IMG/VR virus record: IMGVR_UViG_2915168811_000001 | Source of the DNA: a virus | DNA length: 64,000 nucleotides | Strand: one strand, 5' to 3' | Shown here: positions 26,125 through 36,077 of the stretch, piece by piece | Layout: each line of letters opens with the position of its first letter | Position numbering within the stretch: position 1 is the stretch's first letter | Position numbers and translations under genes: made by a program | The notes under the pieces: generated by a model | Told to the model about the DNA's origin: nothing | The model's database searches: none | What the model saw: the letters and a program-made list of their open reading frames with translations, nothing else

Positions 26125-27347
26125 TCGGACTCAGGAGCGGGGCGGTCCCACAGCGGGCCCTCTTCGAGCCGGGTGGCGAGCATCAGAGAAACCTCTCGGA
26201 GCATCGGCGCTGCCCCGAACACTGTCCCTTGCCGGCGGATCTCCGCGGCGAGCTTCACCCGGTTCGAAATCTTCCCTCGATGCGCGAAATCGTTCAGCAG
26301 ATTGATCGCACTCCGGTGTTTGTCGTGCTCCCCGCCTGAAATCAATTGATGCGGACCCTCGGCGCGGGCGCGCTCAAATGCGGCTGCCCAATGCTCGGGT
26401 TGCATGTTCTTGACCCCGATTCGCCGCACGTCAGCGGCAGGATCCTTCGATTCAATCCATGCGGAACGAATTTCTACGAATTCGCGCTGATCAACTGATT
26501 CATGGTTTTGCAGATGTCCGAGCAGCAGCTCCGGGTCGTAGCTTGAGACTCCAGTCCCCATTGAGTGCAGGGTCCCCGCTTCAGCTTCGCCGCCATTGGC
26601 TGAGATGCTCTCGCTGGTGACGCACTCGCTGTCCATCTTTGCAGCACGGACAGCCTCAAAAGCTGGCGCTGGACCGTTCAGTCCGAGCCTCACGTCGCCC
26701 TCGAAATGACCGGCCAGCCACTCTTCGATCTCCGGTCGGTATTCACGCGCTGTCGCCGCAGAGACGCCGCGCAGTGGTGCGGTCATGGTCTGCGTCACGG
26801 TGACCGAACCGTTTTCACGTCGAACGAACACCTGGTATTTCTCTGAAGCACCCTGGCTCTTCCACTCCTCGCTGTGGTTCGAGTTCACCATGAGGAGGTT
26901 TTCATCAGACCAGCGGGAGGTACGCGTGAAGGCCTCGGTACGCTCAGTCAGTACCGCAATGTCACCCGTGAGCATCGCTCTGGTTCGGCTGTCGAGAGAC
27001 CGCTGATCGATGTTCTCGAGCCGTTGCAGTTCCGCACAATCGAGCAGGTGCTCGGCGATCTCCGGGTAGGCGAGTTCCTGCTCACAGTCAGGGAGCTCGC
27101 TGAGCCGGGTGATCTCCTGCCGGTGCTCCCCCTGGACAGTTACCAGGTAGAGCCTTTCGGAGTCACCGGCACAGGTCATTCCGCTGATCTGATGCAGCGC
27201 CATGGACTCCAGCACCGCGGCTTCCTGGCCTGCAGGAGTGCGGTGCGGCACAGAACCGCTCTCGGAGCGGATCAGGGAAGCAAACTGACCGCCTACCTTC
27301 GAACCCGCTTTGACGGACCCGGCTCGTTCTCTCGCTATGGTGCTCAT
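26121..27347 (-). CDS. Hypothetical protein with N-terminal GGQF peptide
   Basis: MSTIARERAGSVKAGSKVGGQF; convergent stop shares CTAG with rep. Confidence 0.75.
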   Translation of the reverse strand: MSTIARERAGSVKAGSKVGGQFASLIRSESGSVPHRTPAGQEAAVLESMALHQISGMTCAGDSERLYLVTVQGEHRQEITRLSELPDCEQELAYPEIAEHLLDCAELQRLENIDQRSLDSRTRAMLTGDIAVLTERTEAFTRTSRWSDENLLMVNSNHSEEWKSQGASEKYQVFVRRENGSVTVTQTMTAPLRGVSAATAREYRPEIEEWLAGHFEGDVRLGLNGPAPAFEAVRAAKMDSECVTSESISANGGEAEAGTLHSMGTGVSSYDPELLLGHLQNHESVDQREFVEIRSAWIESKDPAADVRRIGVKNMQPEHWAAAFERARAEGPHQLISGGEHDKHRSAINLLNDFAHRGKISNRVKLAAEIRRQGTVFGAAPMLREVSLMLATRLEEGPLWDRPAPESD

Positions 27348-27354
27348 GCTCAGG

Positions 27355-27365
27355 AGTATGTGCGG
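27355..27365 (-). promoter_or_regulatory. Class C motif CCGCACATACT
   Basis: Starts exactly 18 nt before ATG 27347. Confidence 0.75.
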
Positions 27366-27368
27366 CGT

Positions 27369-28136
27369 CTACAGCGCTACGCCGAGCACGTTCACGGCAA
27401 GGCCGGCGAGCGTGTACAGCCCGAGGGTTGCCCCGAACATGTACTCGAGCACAGACCCTGTCTCCGCGAGGATCGGGACAGCCATGTAGCCGTTGCCTTT
27501 CCAGATTTTGTTGAGGATCGGGATCTTCTGCACAGCTTTTGGTGCGCGGATCTTCAACGGCCAGAACCAGTTGATCCCTTCGACGGTGAGGAAATCGCCG
27601 AGGATGTGAGCGGTGAAGCCAACGGTGACGCAGAGCTGAAACCAACCCATGTCGTTCGGGAGGAACAGCGCCATTGCGGCTGCAGCCAGGATTCCGATCA
27701 TCCACGCCTTCGGCCAGCTTTTCGCGACCTGCAGCACCTTCAACGCGAAGGTGAGCAGCGCAGCCGTAGCGACTGCGGCCCCGAGCTGAATCGTTGACCC
27801 CCACCACGGAGCATCCCACGTGATTTGTCCGATCCAACCCATCGCGAACCAGCAGCCCACAATCGCCAGAATCGAGTGCATGCCGTGGCGGTGCCCGCCT
27901 GAAATTGCTCCGACAGCTCCCGCAGCGACCCGCCCAGCGATCGGCACTGAGTGCGCGATCGTGGCGTTGTGGTGGTCAGCGTCCGGCAGCAGTGCGGCTC
28001 CAGCGCACACCAGCGCTCCGGTGACCATGTGCAGCGGTTCAATTTGCACGATGCCGAGAGCTGGGAATGACGGCGCAGTTGAGGCGACGGCCACCCATGC
28101 GGCGGCGCCGGAAAGGGCGTGGTTGGTTCCCATCAT
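27369..28136 (-). CDS. YdjM-like inner-membrane metal-dependent hydrolase
   Basis: MMGTNH, LLPDADH, HRHGMHS, HILGDFLT..G motifs; multiple TMs. Confidence 0.85.
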   Translation of the reverse strand: MMGTNHALSGAAAWVAVASTAPSFPALGIVQIEPLHMVTGALVCAGAALLPDADHHNATIAHSVPIAGRVAAGAVGAISGGHRHGMHSILAIVGCWFAMGWIGQITWDAPWWGSTIQLGAAVATAALLTFALKVLQVAKSWPKAWMIGILAAAAMALFLPNDMGWFQLCVTVGFTAHILGDFLTVEGINWFWPLKIRAPKAVQKIPILNKIWKGNGYMAVPILAETGSVLEYMFGATLGLYTLAGLAVNVLGVAL

Positions 28137-28148
28137 GGTGGATAGTCC

Positions 28149-28889
28149 TTAGTCGTTGCAGGCGTGGACGGTGACGGTGCCGTCAGGAGTGACCGATGCG
28201 GCCCACGGACCAGTGGCGGTAATGTCGACGGACTGGCCGGCAGCGAACTGCTGAACCAGCAGCACGTCCCCGAGGTTCTGGCAGGCGGATGTGAAGCCAG
28301 CTGACTGGTTGATCGTGACTGGCTCGGGAGGGGCCGGTTCCGGTTCCGGCGCGGGTGCTGGAGCCGGTGCAGCCACACGGTTTCGGACCGGAAGGTCAGC
28401 CATCACTTCAGCGAAATCAGCTGCGGAAGTGGCGACGATACTCACCAGTTGACCGTCGAGCGTGCGGGGACCTCGAGGTGGAAGCCACTCCCCCAGGGTG
28501 TCGCGTGTGGGTGAATACGAGTCCACCTGCACCAGATCGAGGTCCTTTGTGAGCTGCTCTGCACCGAGGTACAGATGTTCAGACAGCTCCATGACCAGGT
28601 CTGCCTGGGACCGCAACACGTCGTCAGCTTTGGACGCGGTGACTCCGTCCAGCGCTTTGCGCGCATCGGAAAGATCGGACCGCATATCGGCTGGGATCAG
28701 CCACTCCGGCGCCTCTGCGAGGCGATCGTACGCTGAGGCGGCACGCTGCATGGATTCTGCTTCCACAGACTGGACGCTGGCGACAACTGTGGCTGATGCA
28801 TCGTCACCAGATGTGGGAATTGTGCTGCATCCGGACGAGGTGGCGACACCCGCCAGGAGTGCTGCGACCACGAGGAGCCGAGCGTTCAC
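28149..28889 (-). CDS. Exported/lipoprotein-like hypothetical with PAPEP linker
   Basis: N-terminal hydrophobic segment ending SSGC. Confidence 0.65.
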   Translation of the reverse strand: MNARLLVVAALLAGVATSSGCSTIPTSGDDASATVVASVQSVEAESMQRAASAYDRLAEAPEWLIPADMRSDLSDARKALDGVTASKADDVLRSQADLVMELSEHLYLGAEQLTKDLDLVQVDSYSPTRDTLGEWLPPRGPRTLDGQLVSIVATSAADFAEVMADLPVRNRVAAPAPAPAPEPEPAPPEPVTINQSAGFTSACQNLGDVLLVQQFAAGQSVDITATGPWAASVTPDGTVTVHACND

Positions 28890-29386
28890 AGCGCAACCTC
28901 ATTCTGGGAAGTGGTCATTGCGATGTCGTCGATCAGACGCTCCGAGGCCTTCACGAGGTGCAGATCATGGGACAGTCGGTCGCAGGTGAATACCGCCATG
29001 AGCACGTGAGTGTTTGTCACCTCGGCGAGGTATCGCAGTTCGACGCCGGCATCTGAACGCGTCGTGCGACGGCGGACCGGGCCGATGTGCCGGGACTTGT
29101 ACAGGCCTGGCCAATCTGAGTTCCGTGACTCCTCGCTGTCCGGGGCGACTTTAGCGACTGAGATCGAGGCGAACGCGTATCGACCGTTCAGAAGCGCAAC
29201 AAACAGGGTCTGGGCGTCGAGGTTCTCGCCACGAGCGAGTGTGGCTTCGACTCCTTCGGCGATGAGCTCAGCGCTGGCATCGGGGCCGGAAATCGCAGTG
29301 ATGAACGACTCGGTAGCCGCCTGATCCGCCTGGGCTGGCCAGACATGCCAGAACATTTGCTCATGACTCAACGTGATGGTTCGCAT
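28886..29386 (-). CDS. Hypothetical protein
   Basis: 166 aa ORF in operon. Confidence 0.6.
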   Translation of the reverse strand: MRTITLSHEQMFWHVWPAQADQAATESFITAISGPDASAELIAEGVEATLARGENLDAQTLFVALLNGRYAFASISVAKVAPDSEESRNSDWPGLYKSRHIGPVRRRTTRSDAGVELRYLAEVTNTHVLMAVFTCDRLSHDLHLVKASERLIDDIAMTTSQNEVAL

Positions 29387-29389
29387 GAT

Positions 29390-29620
29390 TTACTCCAGGC
29401 GCCAGGTGGCGTCAATCTCGGGGATCCATGCAGCGGGGCCTGTGATGAACTTCTCAGCGCCTTCGGGTGTAAACACCCATCCGGTCGGCATGCCGATCTG
29501 GTCGACGAGATGTTTCGCCGTAGCGACATCAGGTCGCTCGCCGGTCACGGCGCAGACGCTGCGCGCTGCAAGCTCATCGCGGTATCGGGCGAGCACTTCG
29601 CGTTCTTCTAGGGTCATCAT
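29390..29620 (-). CDS. Small hypothetical protein
   Basis: Start moved to ATG 29620, downstream of a class A motif and AAGGA. Confidence 0.55.
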   Translation of the reverse strand: MMTLEEREVLARYRDELAARSVCAVTGERPDVATAKHLVDQIGMPTGWVFTPEGAEKFITGPAAWIPEIDATWRLE

Positions 29621-29671
29621 GGGTACTGCAGGATCCTTCGTTTCTGGGCGCGGGTTCACGCCTTCAGCCTG

Positions 29672-29683
29672 AGTAATGCGCGG
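29672..29683 (-). promoter_or_regulatory. Class A motif CCGCGCATTACT
   Basis: Just downstream of the large FtsK stop, upstream of 29620. Confidence 0.75.
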
Positions 29684-29715
29684 TGCGAGTCGGCGCCGCG
29701 CCCAACGCACGAACT

Positions 29716-32700
29716 TCATCCGAACAGGTCAAGCAGCGGAGTGCCGCCTCGCTTCACCGCAGGCTTCTTCGGCTCCCCGAAATCGACCGGTGCAGGGGGC
29801 ACGAACTGGGGTTCAGCAGGGGTTACGGGTTCAGCATCAGCAGCCGGTGTAACTGCGCCGAAGTCGACGGGGGCGGGAAGCGGCATAGGTCCTGGAGTGG
29901 CACCCACTTCGGAGTCGGCCCTCGGAGCTGTAAGCGCTACCTCCGGTGTCGGCTCGGGATCAAGAGGGAACACAAGGTCTGCCATCTCAATCACCGGCTC
30001 TGGCGCGCGTTCCTCCGCCGGCTGGTTCGGAGCAAGCGGGGTGACTTCCGCGATCGATCTCGCGACGGTGGCGGTCAGGCCGGCGTCCGCGAAATAATCG
30101 GCGAGGCTGATCCCCAGGTCGTCTTCAGCCCCCGCTTCCTCCGTGATCACCAGCAGCGGCCCCCAGCCCCCGGCAGGAGCGTGGCTGACGATAAGGTCGA
30201 CGATCGCTCCGAGCTCGGCTGCGAACGGGACAGGGATGGCCGGGAACCCCAGCGCATCCGCCAGGACAGCGTCATCCGACAGCAGCACGACTTCCCCGAT
30301 GGTCCGCACCGCGGCGAGAGCTTCGGTGTCGAGTTGGTCCACCCCGTATTCACAGTCCACCTGACCGGAGCCAATCCCCGTGATCACGCCAGTGGGGGCA
30401 ACCAGGCAGACCGCAGCGCCAGGTGCAATTTCGAGGCCCACGTCCGCCCCGCCGACCTGCACGCCTCCCAACCAGGAGGTGTCGTACGCTGAGCTTGCAG
30501 AATCACCGTCACCGAAAGCAGAAGCCACCGCTGCCGCGATTTCATCTTCCGCCGAACGCGCGGCCTCCGCTCCGACAGGCGAAGCGGCTTCATTCCCGTT
30601 TTCAGGCTCGGCGAGAGATTCAAAGTCGAGATCATCCCAGTCGAGATCAACCTCACCGAGATCGATGACCTCGGCAGGCGCCGCTATCGAATCAGGACCC
30701 TCAGCGATGATTTCGCCGAACACCGCCGCGACCTTCTCGTCCTTGCGCAGCTCCGCGTCCGTGAGTCGATCTGTCTCCGGATCACGGACCGCTGAAATGC
30801 GCGCCACCATCGATTCGAGATGGACGGTGCCAGCTTCCCGACCATCCCAGCCTTCCTGTGACTTTGCGGACGGGTTACCGTCGAACCAGGATTGGAAAAT
30901 CAGCGGAGCGCCTGCGGATCCCTCAAAGATCCCGCGGCCTTTCGGTACGGTCTCCCCCAGATCCGGCACCAACTCGATGTCCTTGAACGCTGACGCCTTC
31001 TGCCCGAACGAAGCCTTGCCGAGCAGAACCGTTGCAGCCTGGTTCTTGATGTTGCCCATCGCCGGAGATTCCTTCATATCGGCGGCGTTCATCGTCTGAC
31101 CAGCCACCAGCATCGAAACGCCAGCAGAGCGTGCCTCACGCATGATCTTGCCCACCTGCAGACCGATCTGGGACTTGTCATGGTTGATCGCCGAGATGCG
31201 GTCGAAATCCTGCATCTGCTCCTTCGACTCCTCACCTGTCAGCCGGGGAAGCAGCTCAGGCTTCAGCGTCGAAGTGAACTCGTCGATCATGACCAGCATG
31301 TGCGGCGGGCGCACTTCTTCGGGCAGCTCACTGACGCGAGGTGTCGAGTACTCATGGTTCAGCAGCTTGCGGCGCTCCACCTCCGCGTAAATGCGCGAAA
31401 GTGCTTCGGCAATCGTGCCGTAATCCGTCGCGACCGACTTCGCGTAGGGGAACAGGTACGTGTAGTCGGCAGCCAGCTTCGGCTTGTCGAAAATGTGCAG
31501 TTCGTACTGTTTGATCGCCGCTGCCGTCAGCACGGACTGCAGGAACGCGCTCTTACCGGAACCCGAGCTGCCCATCACCACGAGGTGGGGGTCCTCGAGC
31601 ACATCCAGCACTACCGGCTCCCCTTCGACGCCGTCCGCAAAAGCGAGACCGCGTGCCACTGGGATCTCGTCCCACTTGAACGGGGCGAGGTTCGGAAGCG
31701 GCGAATCCTCAGCAGACAAGATTTTCGCCTGACTGGCTTTGTCTCCTGGGCGAATTTCGAGGAACGAATTCCCTGTCGTCCCGCCGAGAGCGTCTCTTTT
31801 CTTGCGGAGGTCGCCGATCGACAGCCCGGGCGGGATCGAGAATGTCAGTTCGGACACAAGCTCGTTCTTTGGCAGCGTGCTGCGGTTGATCAGCATCGGC
31901 ACCTGCCCCGATGAGTTTTCCACCTTCGCTTCAGAGAATGCGAACTCCCAGTCAAGCGCGGTCGTTCGAAATCGTGCGGAGTCGTCCTTGAGCTCAGTGG
32001 CGCGCCGTGAGTTCGGGTTCGACCCCACTGCGATGCGGCAGCCCTCCGGAGCCTCGGAGATGCGAATCCAGTCGCACCCACCCATCGCCAGTCGAAGCTG
32101 TTCTCGGGCTTTCTTGACCGAAGCCAGGGTCACTCCCCCGTACAGGGCGAGTGTGAGCTCCCAGACATGGGAGCGTGACGTGCGCTTCGTGAGCTGCTCC
32201 ACCTTCACGACCTCAGGCCGATCGAGCTTCGCGGCCGCGAACGCCCGCGTGATCGCGCCGGTCAGGGCCCACCGAGACGCATCCTTGTCTTTGAGGTCAC
32301 GGGACTGACCAATAGCGGCGGGGTTCAGAGGGATTGACTGCTCCGACCAGAAGACGTGCAGTGAGTTCGGGTACCGCTGACGGTTGCCGTCGACGAAGTA
32401 GGACAGCGACGCCCAGCGAGCGTTCGGCAGGCCGGACTGCAGCGTCTCCAGGCTCACCTTGTCGAAGTACTTTGATGACGTGAGGCCTTGAGGTGCCATG
32501 AAGAGCCGGGAGTGGATGGTCTCACCCGTGGACAGCCGCGCTGTCTTGTTGTGCTCTGGGAAGTACGAAGGGTTCTGCAGCCCGATGCCGGTCATGTCCG
32601 TCCAGCGTTTCGCCCACATCGAGCGCTCCGCTTCCGCCTCGAGCTGTTCGATGATGCTGGGGTCAAGCAGGTCAGTCGTCGGTGCAGTGACCGCGCCGAC

Positions 32701-34059
32701 ATACAGTGCGTCACCAAACGGATACACGCCGGCTCCGCCGAGAGCGTTGCTGATCACGTTCGCGAGATAGTCCAGGCTTCCCGACACTTCCGCGCCGGCG
32801 ACTGTCAGTCCGTAGCTCACCTTCCATGCAGCGGTGGCACCTTCCGGATACTCCCCCGCTTCAGCGAAGAGCGGCTCGGGAGGCCCGAGCGGGATCATGG
32901 CGAAGTCAGCACCAGAGTCATTCACACATGCCTGGGTGACGTTCATTTCCAACCAGGCGGCGAGCAGCGTGCGATCCACGTTCGGATCTTCAATGTCAAC
33001 GGGGAAGTCGGACTTCCAGGTGATCACCTTGTATCGAAGCTTCGAGCGTGACAGCAGGATCGGCTGACCTTCGACGTCGGTGTCCGGTGCGGACATGAAC
33101 ACCGCCACCGTGTTTGGCGGCAGAGTCGGAGCGATGTCGTCGGGCGTCGGCGTTGCCGTCCAGTTGACCGCGGCGTTCGACATGGGTGCCTCGAATACGT
33201 CGATCCAGCACTCCTCCTGCTCACCGTGGCGTTCATGGGAGATGAGCTGAGGTCGTTCTTTCAGCTTGGGGACGGCGGCGAATCGTGCCTCCCACACGGC
33301 GCGTGACTCCACGGTGTTGCTCCACTTTGTGAACGTGGCGGCCGCGATAGCTTGATGGCCGATCCCCGCAGCGGTGAGCATAAGAACGCCGGCGCCGAAC
33401 ACGGGCGCGGGGTAGATGTAGTACCAGTCCGCGGCGTACAGCCACCACCAGGTGATCGCGCCGAGACCACCGGCGAACACGATCATCATCGCCGTGGAGG
33501 ACGTGATTTTCGCGTCCGTACCGACGCCTGCGAGGTAATCAGCGACCATCGTTGCGGGCTTCGGATCCCGCTCGGCGGCGAACCGTCGGCGAACTGCCGA
33601 CAGCTGTGTGGCCAGGAGGTACGCCGCCAGGGCGTTGAGAAAAGGTATCGCGGGCAGCGCTGCTTCTGCCCCGAAGCTTTGCAGCAAGGGGTAGGTGCCT
33701 TCGATCGGAAGCGTGAACGCCACCAGAGCGGCCCCGAGGCCTGCGACATGCTCGAATGACATTGGCCACGGAACGGCAGGGACCAGGATCTGCGTTCGCG
33801 CGGTCTGCCAGAACTGATGCTGGGCGACTTTCTTCCGCTCGCCAGGGTTCCCCACGGTTGGGCGTAGAGAGACCGGGTCTTTCGGTCCGGTCAGGGCGGG
33901 CGGCTGGGAGAAGAAACCAGCAATGGATACGCCGATCAGCAGAATGAAAGCGCCGGGGTACTGGAACCAGGCAGCCAGCGCGGCGGCCGCCACGGCGACA
34001 ACGAGTACGACCGGGGTGAGCGGCGCGCCTTGGTCTTGCTGCTGTTTCGAAACGGCCAT
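29716..34059 (-). CDS. Large membrane FtsK/SpoIIIE (TraB/TcpA-like) DNA translocase, about 1447 aa
   Basis: N-terminal TM helices; GSSGSGKS, MIDEFT, GVSMLVAGQ; acidic Pro/Ala tail; RBS AGGAG before ATG 34059. Confidence 0.8.
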   Translation of the reverse strand: MAVSKQQQDQGAPLTPVVLVVAVAAAALAAWFQYPGAFILLIGVSIAGFFSQPPALTGPKDPVSLRPTVGNPGERKKVAQHQFWQTARTQILVPAVPWPMSFEHVAGLGAALVAFTLPIEGTYPLLQSFGAEAALPAIPFLNALAAYLLATQLSAVRRRFAAERDPKPATMVADYLAGVGTDAKITSSTAMMIVFAGGLGAITWWWLYAADWYYIYPAPVFGAGVLMLTAAGIGHQAIAAATFTKWSNTVESRAVWEARFAAVPKLKERPQLISHERHGEQEECWIDVFEAPMSNAAVNWTATPTPDDIAPTLPPNTVAVFMSAPDTDVEGQPILLSRSKLRYKVITWKSDFPVDIEDPNVDRTLLAAWLEMNVTQACVNDSGADFAMIPLGPPEPLFAEAGEYPEGATAAWKVSYGLTVAGAEVSGSLDYLANVISNALGGAGVYPFGDALYVGAVTAPTTDLLDPSIIEQLEAEAERSMWAKRWTDMTGIGLQNPSYFPEHNKTARLSTGETIHSRLFMAPQGLTSSKYFDKVSLETLQSGLPNARWASLSYFVDGNRQRYPNSLHVFWSEQSIPLNPAAIGQSRDLKDKDASRWALTGAITRAFAAAKLDRPEVVKVEQLTKRTSRSHVWELTLALYGGVTLASVKKAREQLRLAMGGCDWIRISEAPEGCRIAVGSNPNSRRATELKDDSARFRTTALDWEFAFSEAKVENSSGQVPMLINRSTLPKNELVSELTFSIPPGLSIGDLRKKRDALGGTTGNSFLEIRPGDKASQAKILSAEDSPLPNLAPFKWDEIPVARGLAFADGVEGEPVVLDVLEDPHLVVMGSSGSGKSAFLQSVLTAAAIKQYELHIFDKPKLAADYTYLFPYAKSVATDYGTIAEALSRIYAEVERRKLLNHEYSTPRVSELPEEVRPPHMLVMIDEFTSTLKPELLPRLTGEESKEQMQDFDRISAINHDKSQIGLQVGKIMREARSAGVSMLVAGQTMNAADMKESPAMGNIKNQAATVLLGKASFGQKASAFKDIELVPDLGETVPKGRGIFEGSAGAPLIFQSWFDGNPSAKSQEGWDGREAGTVHLESMVARISAVRDPETDRLTDAELRKDEKVAAVFGEIIAEGPDSIAAPAEVIDLGEVDLDWDDLDFESLAEPENGNEAASPVGAEAARSAEDEIAAAVASAFGDGDSASSAYDTSWLGGVQVGGADVGLEIAPGAAVCLVAPTGVITGIGSGQVDCEYGVDQLDTEALAAVRTIGEVVLLSDDAVLADALGFPAIPVPFAAELGAIVDLIVSHAPAGGWGPLLVITEEAGAEDDLGISLADYFADAGLTATVARSIAEVTPLAPNQPAEERAPEPVIEMADLVFPLDPEPTPEVALTAPRADSEVGATPGPMPLPAPVDFGAVTPAADAEPVTPAEPQFVPPAPVDFGEPKKPAVKRGGTPLLDLFG

Positions 34060-34090
34060 GCCGAGGTTCTCCTGAACGTGCGATTGCGTA

Positions 34091-34675
34091 CTAGTTGGCG
34101 AGGGCGGCGAGGGCGACCATGATGTCCGGCCGAGCGCCCTGCGCCTTGGTGTGTCGTTTGAGCCAGTGGCTGAGCATCGCTCCGCGCACCACTCGCGTGT
34201 CCCCTGCCGGCCGGTAAGCGGCGAAGGAGACCGGAGTTGTGTTCCAGACGGCAAGTAGCGGGCGTTCGACGATGAAGTCGCCGATTCCCTGCTTGTGCAG
34301 GAACCTCTGAATTGCGCCGGCGGCGGTTGGCAGTGTCTTCTTGTCTGCCTCGGGGAACATCGTCATTCCGCGCCGGGTCACTCCCCCGACTGTCCAGAAC
34401 ACTCCCCCGGCCCACGCTTTTGCGTCGATCAACAGAATTCGGTTGCCGTGCATGACGAGGTGGTCGATGTTCGCTTTGAAACCAGGGATCGGGATTCGTA
34501 GGTCGTTGATCACCGACGGACCGCGCTTCGTGTTCTCGAGCAGCGCCTCCCCGGTCCGGACCTCGGCCCCCTGCCCGACTTTGCGCACTGCGTCGTTTGC
34601 GACCCAGTTGGCGCCGGTGTCGAGTGACCGCCCTGCTCGCCCAAGGTATTGACCTCGGACCTGCGGGGCGCTCAC
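34091..34675 (-). CDS. NERD-domain nuclease-like protein
   Basis: INDLRI...NIDHLVMHGNRILLIDAKAW. Confidence 0.75.
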   Translation of the reverse strand: MSAPQVRGQYLGRAGRSLDTGANWVANDAVRKVGQGAEVRTGEALLENTKRGPSVINDLRIPIPGFKANIDHLVMHGNRILLIDAKAWAGGVFWTVGGVTRRGMTMFPEADKKTLPTAAGAIQRFLHKQGIGDFIVERPLLAVWNTTPVSFAAYRPAGDTRVVRGAMLSHWLKRHTKAQGARPDIMVALAALAN

Positions 34676-34818
34676 TGGAAGGCCTCGAAGATGATGGCGG
34701 CGACGAACAGCACTCCGAGGCCGATGATCACGGTCAATCCGACCCTGCTCGTGAAGAACCCGGCGACGCTGTCTACATCACCCTCGTTCGGTTCAATCAG
34801 GTTCTTGAAAAAGCCCAT
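34672..34818 (-). CDS. 48-aa single-TM protein (not in ORF track)
   Basis: MGFFKNLIEPNEGDVDSVAGFFTSRVGLTVIIGLGVLFVAAIIFEAFQ; RBS GAAAGGGG; GTGA overlap with NERD start. Confidence 0.7.
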   Translation of the reverse strand: MGFFKNLIEPNEGDVDSVAGFFTSRVGLTVIIGLGVLFVAAIIFEAFQ

Positions 34819-34844
34819 GTGTAGCCCCTTTCGCTCTCACTGAG

Positions 34845-34857
34845 ACACATACGATCC
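34845..34857 (-). promoter_or_regulatory. Class B motif GGATCGTATGTGT
   Basis: Heads the small-TM / NERD / FtsK operon. Confidence 0.7.
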
Positions 34858-34928
34858 GGCCAGGACCGCAGAGGCAGACTTTGGCCGTTTCGAGCGTTTG
34901 GGGTCCGGTACGACGCAGTTGATTCTCG

Positions 34929-34940
34929 CCGCGCATCACT
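34929..34940 (+). promoter_or_regulatory. Class A motif CCGCGCATCACT (leaderless spacing)
   Basis: 6 nt before ATG 34947. Confidence 0.85.
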
Positions 34941-34946
34941 CTGGGC

Positions 34947-36077
34947 ATGGACCAGGAGTCGTTACGCGCACGCCGCGACAGCGCAGACATCGACGCGCGC
35001 GAACTCGCGGCCCTGGGAGCTGTTCTCGAGCAGCAAGGCGAGAGCTCCTTGAAGGTGCGTCAGGATTTGGCGTTTCTGCTGCTGGATCCGAATCTCAAGA
35101 TCATCGAGCAGACGATGCGCGGGCTCAGTCCGCTCACGCCCTCGCTCATCCGGGACAGCGTCGAATACCGGCTGATCAATGCGATCGAGCGCCCATTGGT
35201 GGGTCCTCTTACTTCTCGCAGCGCTGGATTGATGGACTTACAGCGCCTGTCCACGTCATCGCCAGTGTCCTGGGCCATAGGGTCACTGGCGCAACCCTTT
35301 CGCTGGGCGTTGAGTAACGCGAATCGTGACATGGAACGGTTCATGGAATTCGACGATGAGATCCTGTCGCCCCACTCCCCCGGTATCGACATCGCCCCCA
35401 GTCCCGAATGTGAGCTCGAAGTACTCATCGAGGAAGACGGCAACTTGGAGGACGCCATTCAGGGTCGCCGCGGAAGTGGCCGCGTGGCTGCCGGGGCCCG
35501 GCTGCTTCACAAGCTGTTCACTATCCCGCCAGTTTCCGCGCCTTTGTCGCGCGCCGACAGAGAAGCACTCCTCGCGCTCATCGAACATGACTCTCAGCCC
35601 TTGCGTGACTCTCTAATTGAGGCCTCTGAAACGGAGCCTTCAGGCCGGCATCACGTGATGAGCGGACTTTGGGCTCAGTTTGACCGAGATGACGCGAGTG
35701 CGCTCCTGGAGCGTGCGCCGAGAGTAGTTGACGTGGTGGCTCTTTCAGCTCTGGCGCAACGCCCAAGGCCGAGCATTTCAGAGATTCAGTCGCTGAAGAT
35801 CGCTGTCGCTTCCACGTCCTCCCACGAAGGGTGGCCTGCGGTTGCCAAGACTCTGGTTGACGCTTGGCTTTTCGAGTTCTACGCAGACCGCCACGAGTAC
35901 GACACCACTGACTCAGCGCCGATCAGCTATACAGCCGACTGCTGGCAGGTTCTCGCTAACCATGTTCTGAACCACCCGAAGAAGCCCCTCGGGCTGGAGC
36001 ATCGCACTCCCGCTGACGTCGACCAGCTGTTGCGCAGCACACTGCACTGGTCGACGTCAGGGGAGCTGAGCGACTAG
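34947..36077 (+). CDS. Hypothetical helical protein
   Basis: 376 aa ORF, apparently leaderless. Confidence 0.7.
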   Translation: MDQESLRARRDSADIDARELAALGAVLEQQGESSLKVRQDLAFLLLDPNLKIIEQTMRGLSPLTPSLIRDSVEYRLINAIERPLVGPLTSRSAGLMDLQRLSTSSPVSWAIGSLAQPFRWALSNANRDMERFMEFDDEILSPHSPGIDIAPSPECELEVLIEEDGNLEDAIQGRRGSGRVAAGARLLHKLFTIPPVSAPLSRADREALLALIEHDSQPLRDSLIEASETEPSGRHHVMSGLWAQFDRDDASALLERAPRVVDVVALSALAQRPRPSISEIQSLKIAVASTSSHEGWPAVAKTLVDAWLFEFYADRHEYDTTDSAPISYTADCWQVLANHVLNHPKKPLGLEHRTPADVDQLLRSTLHWSTSGELSD

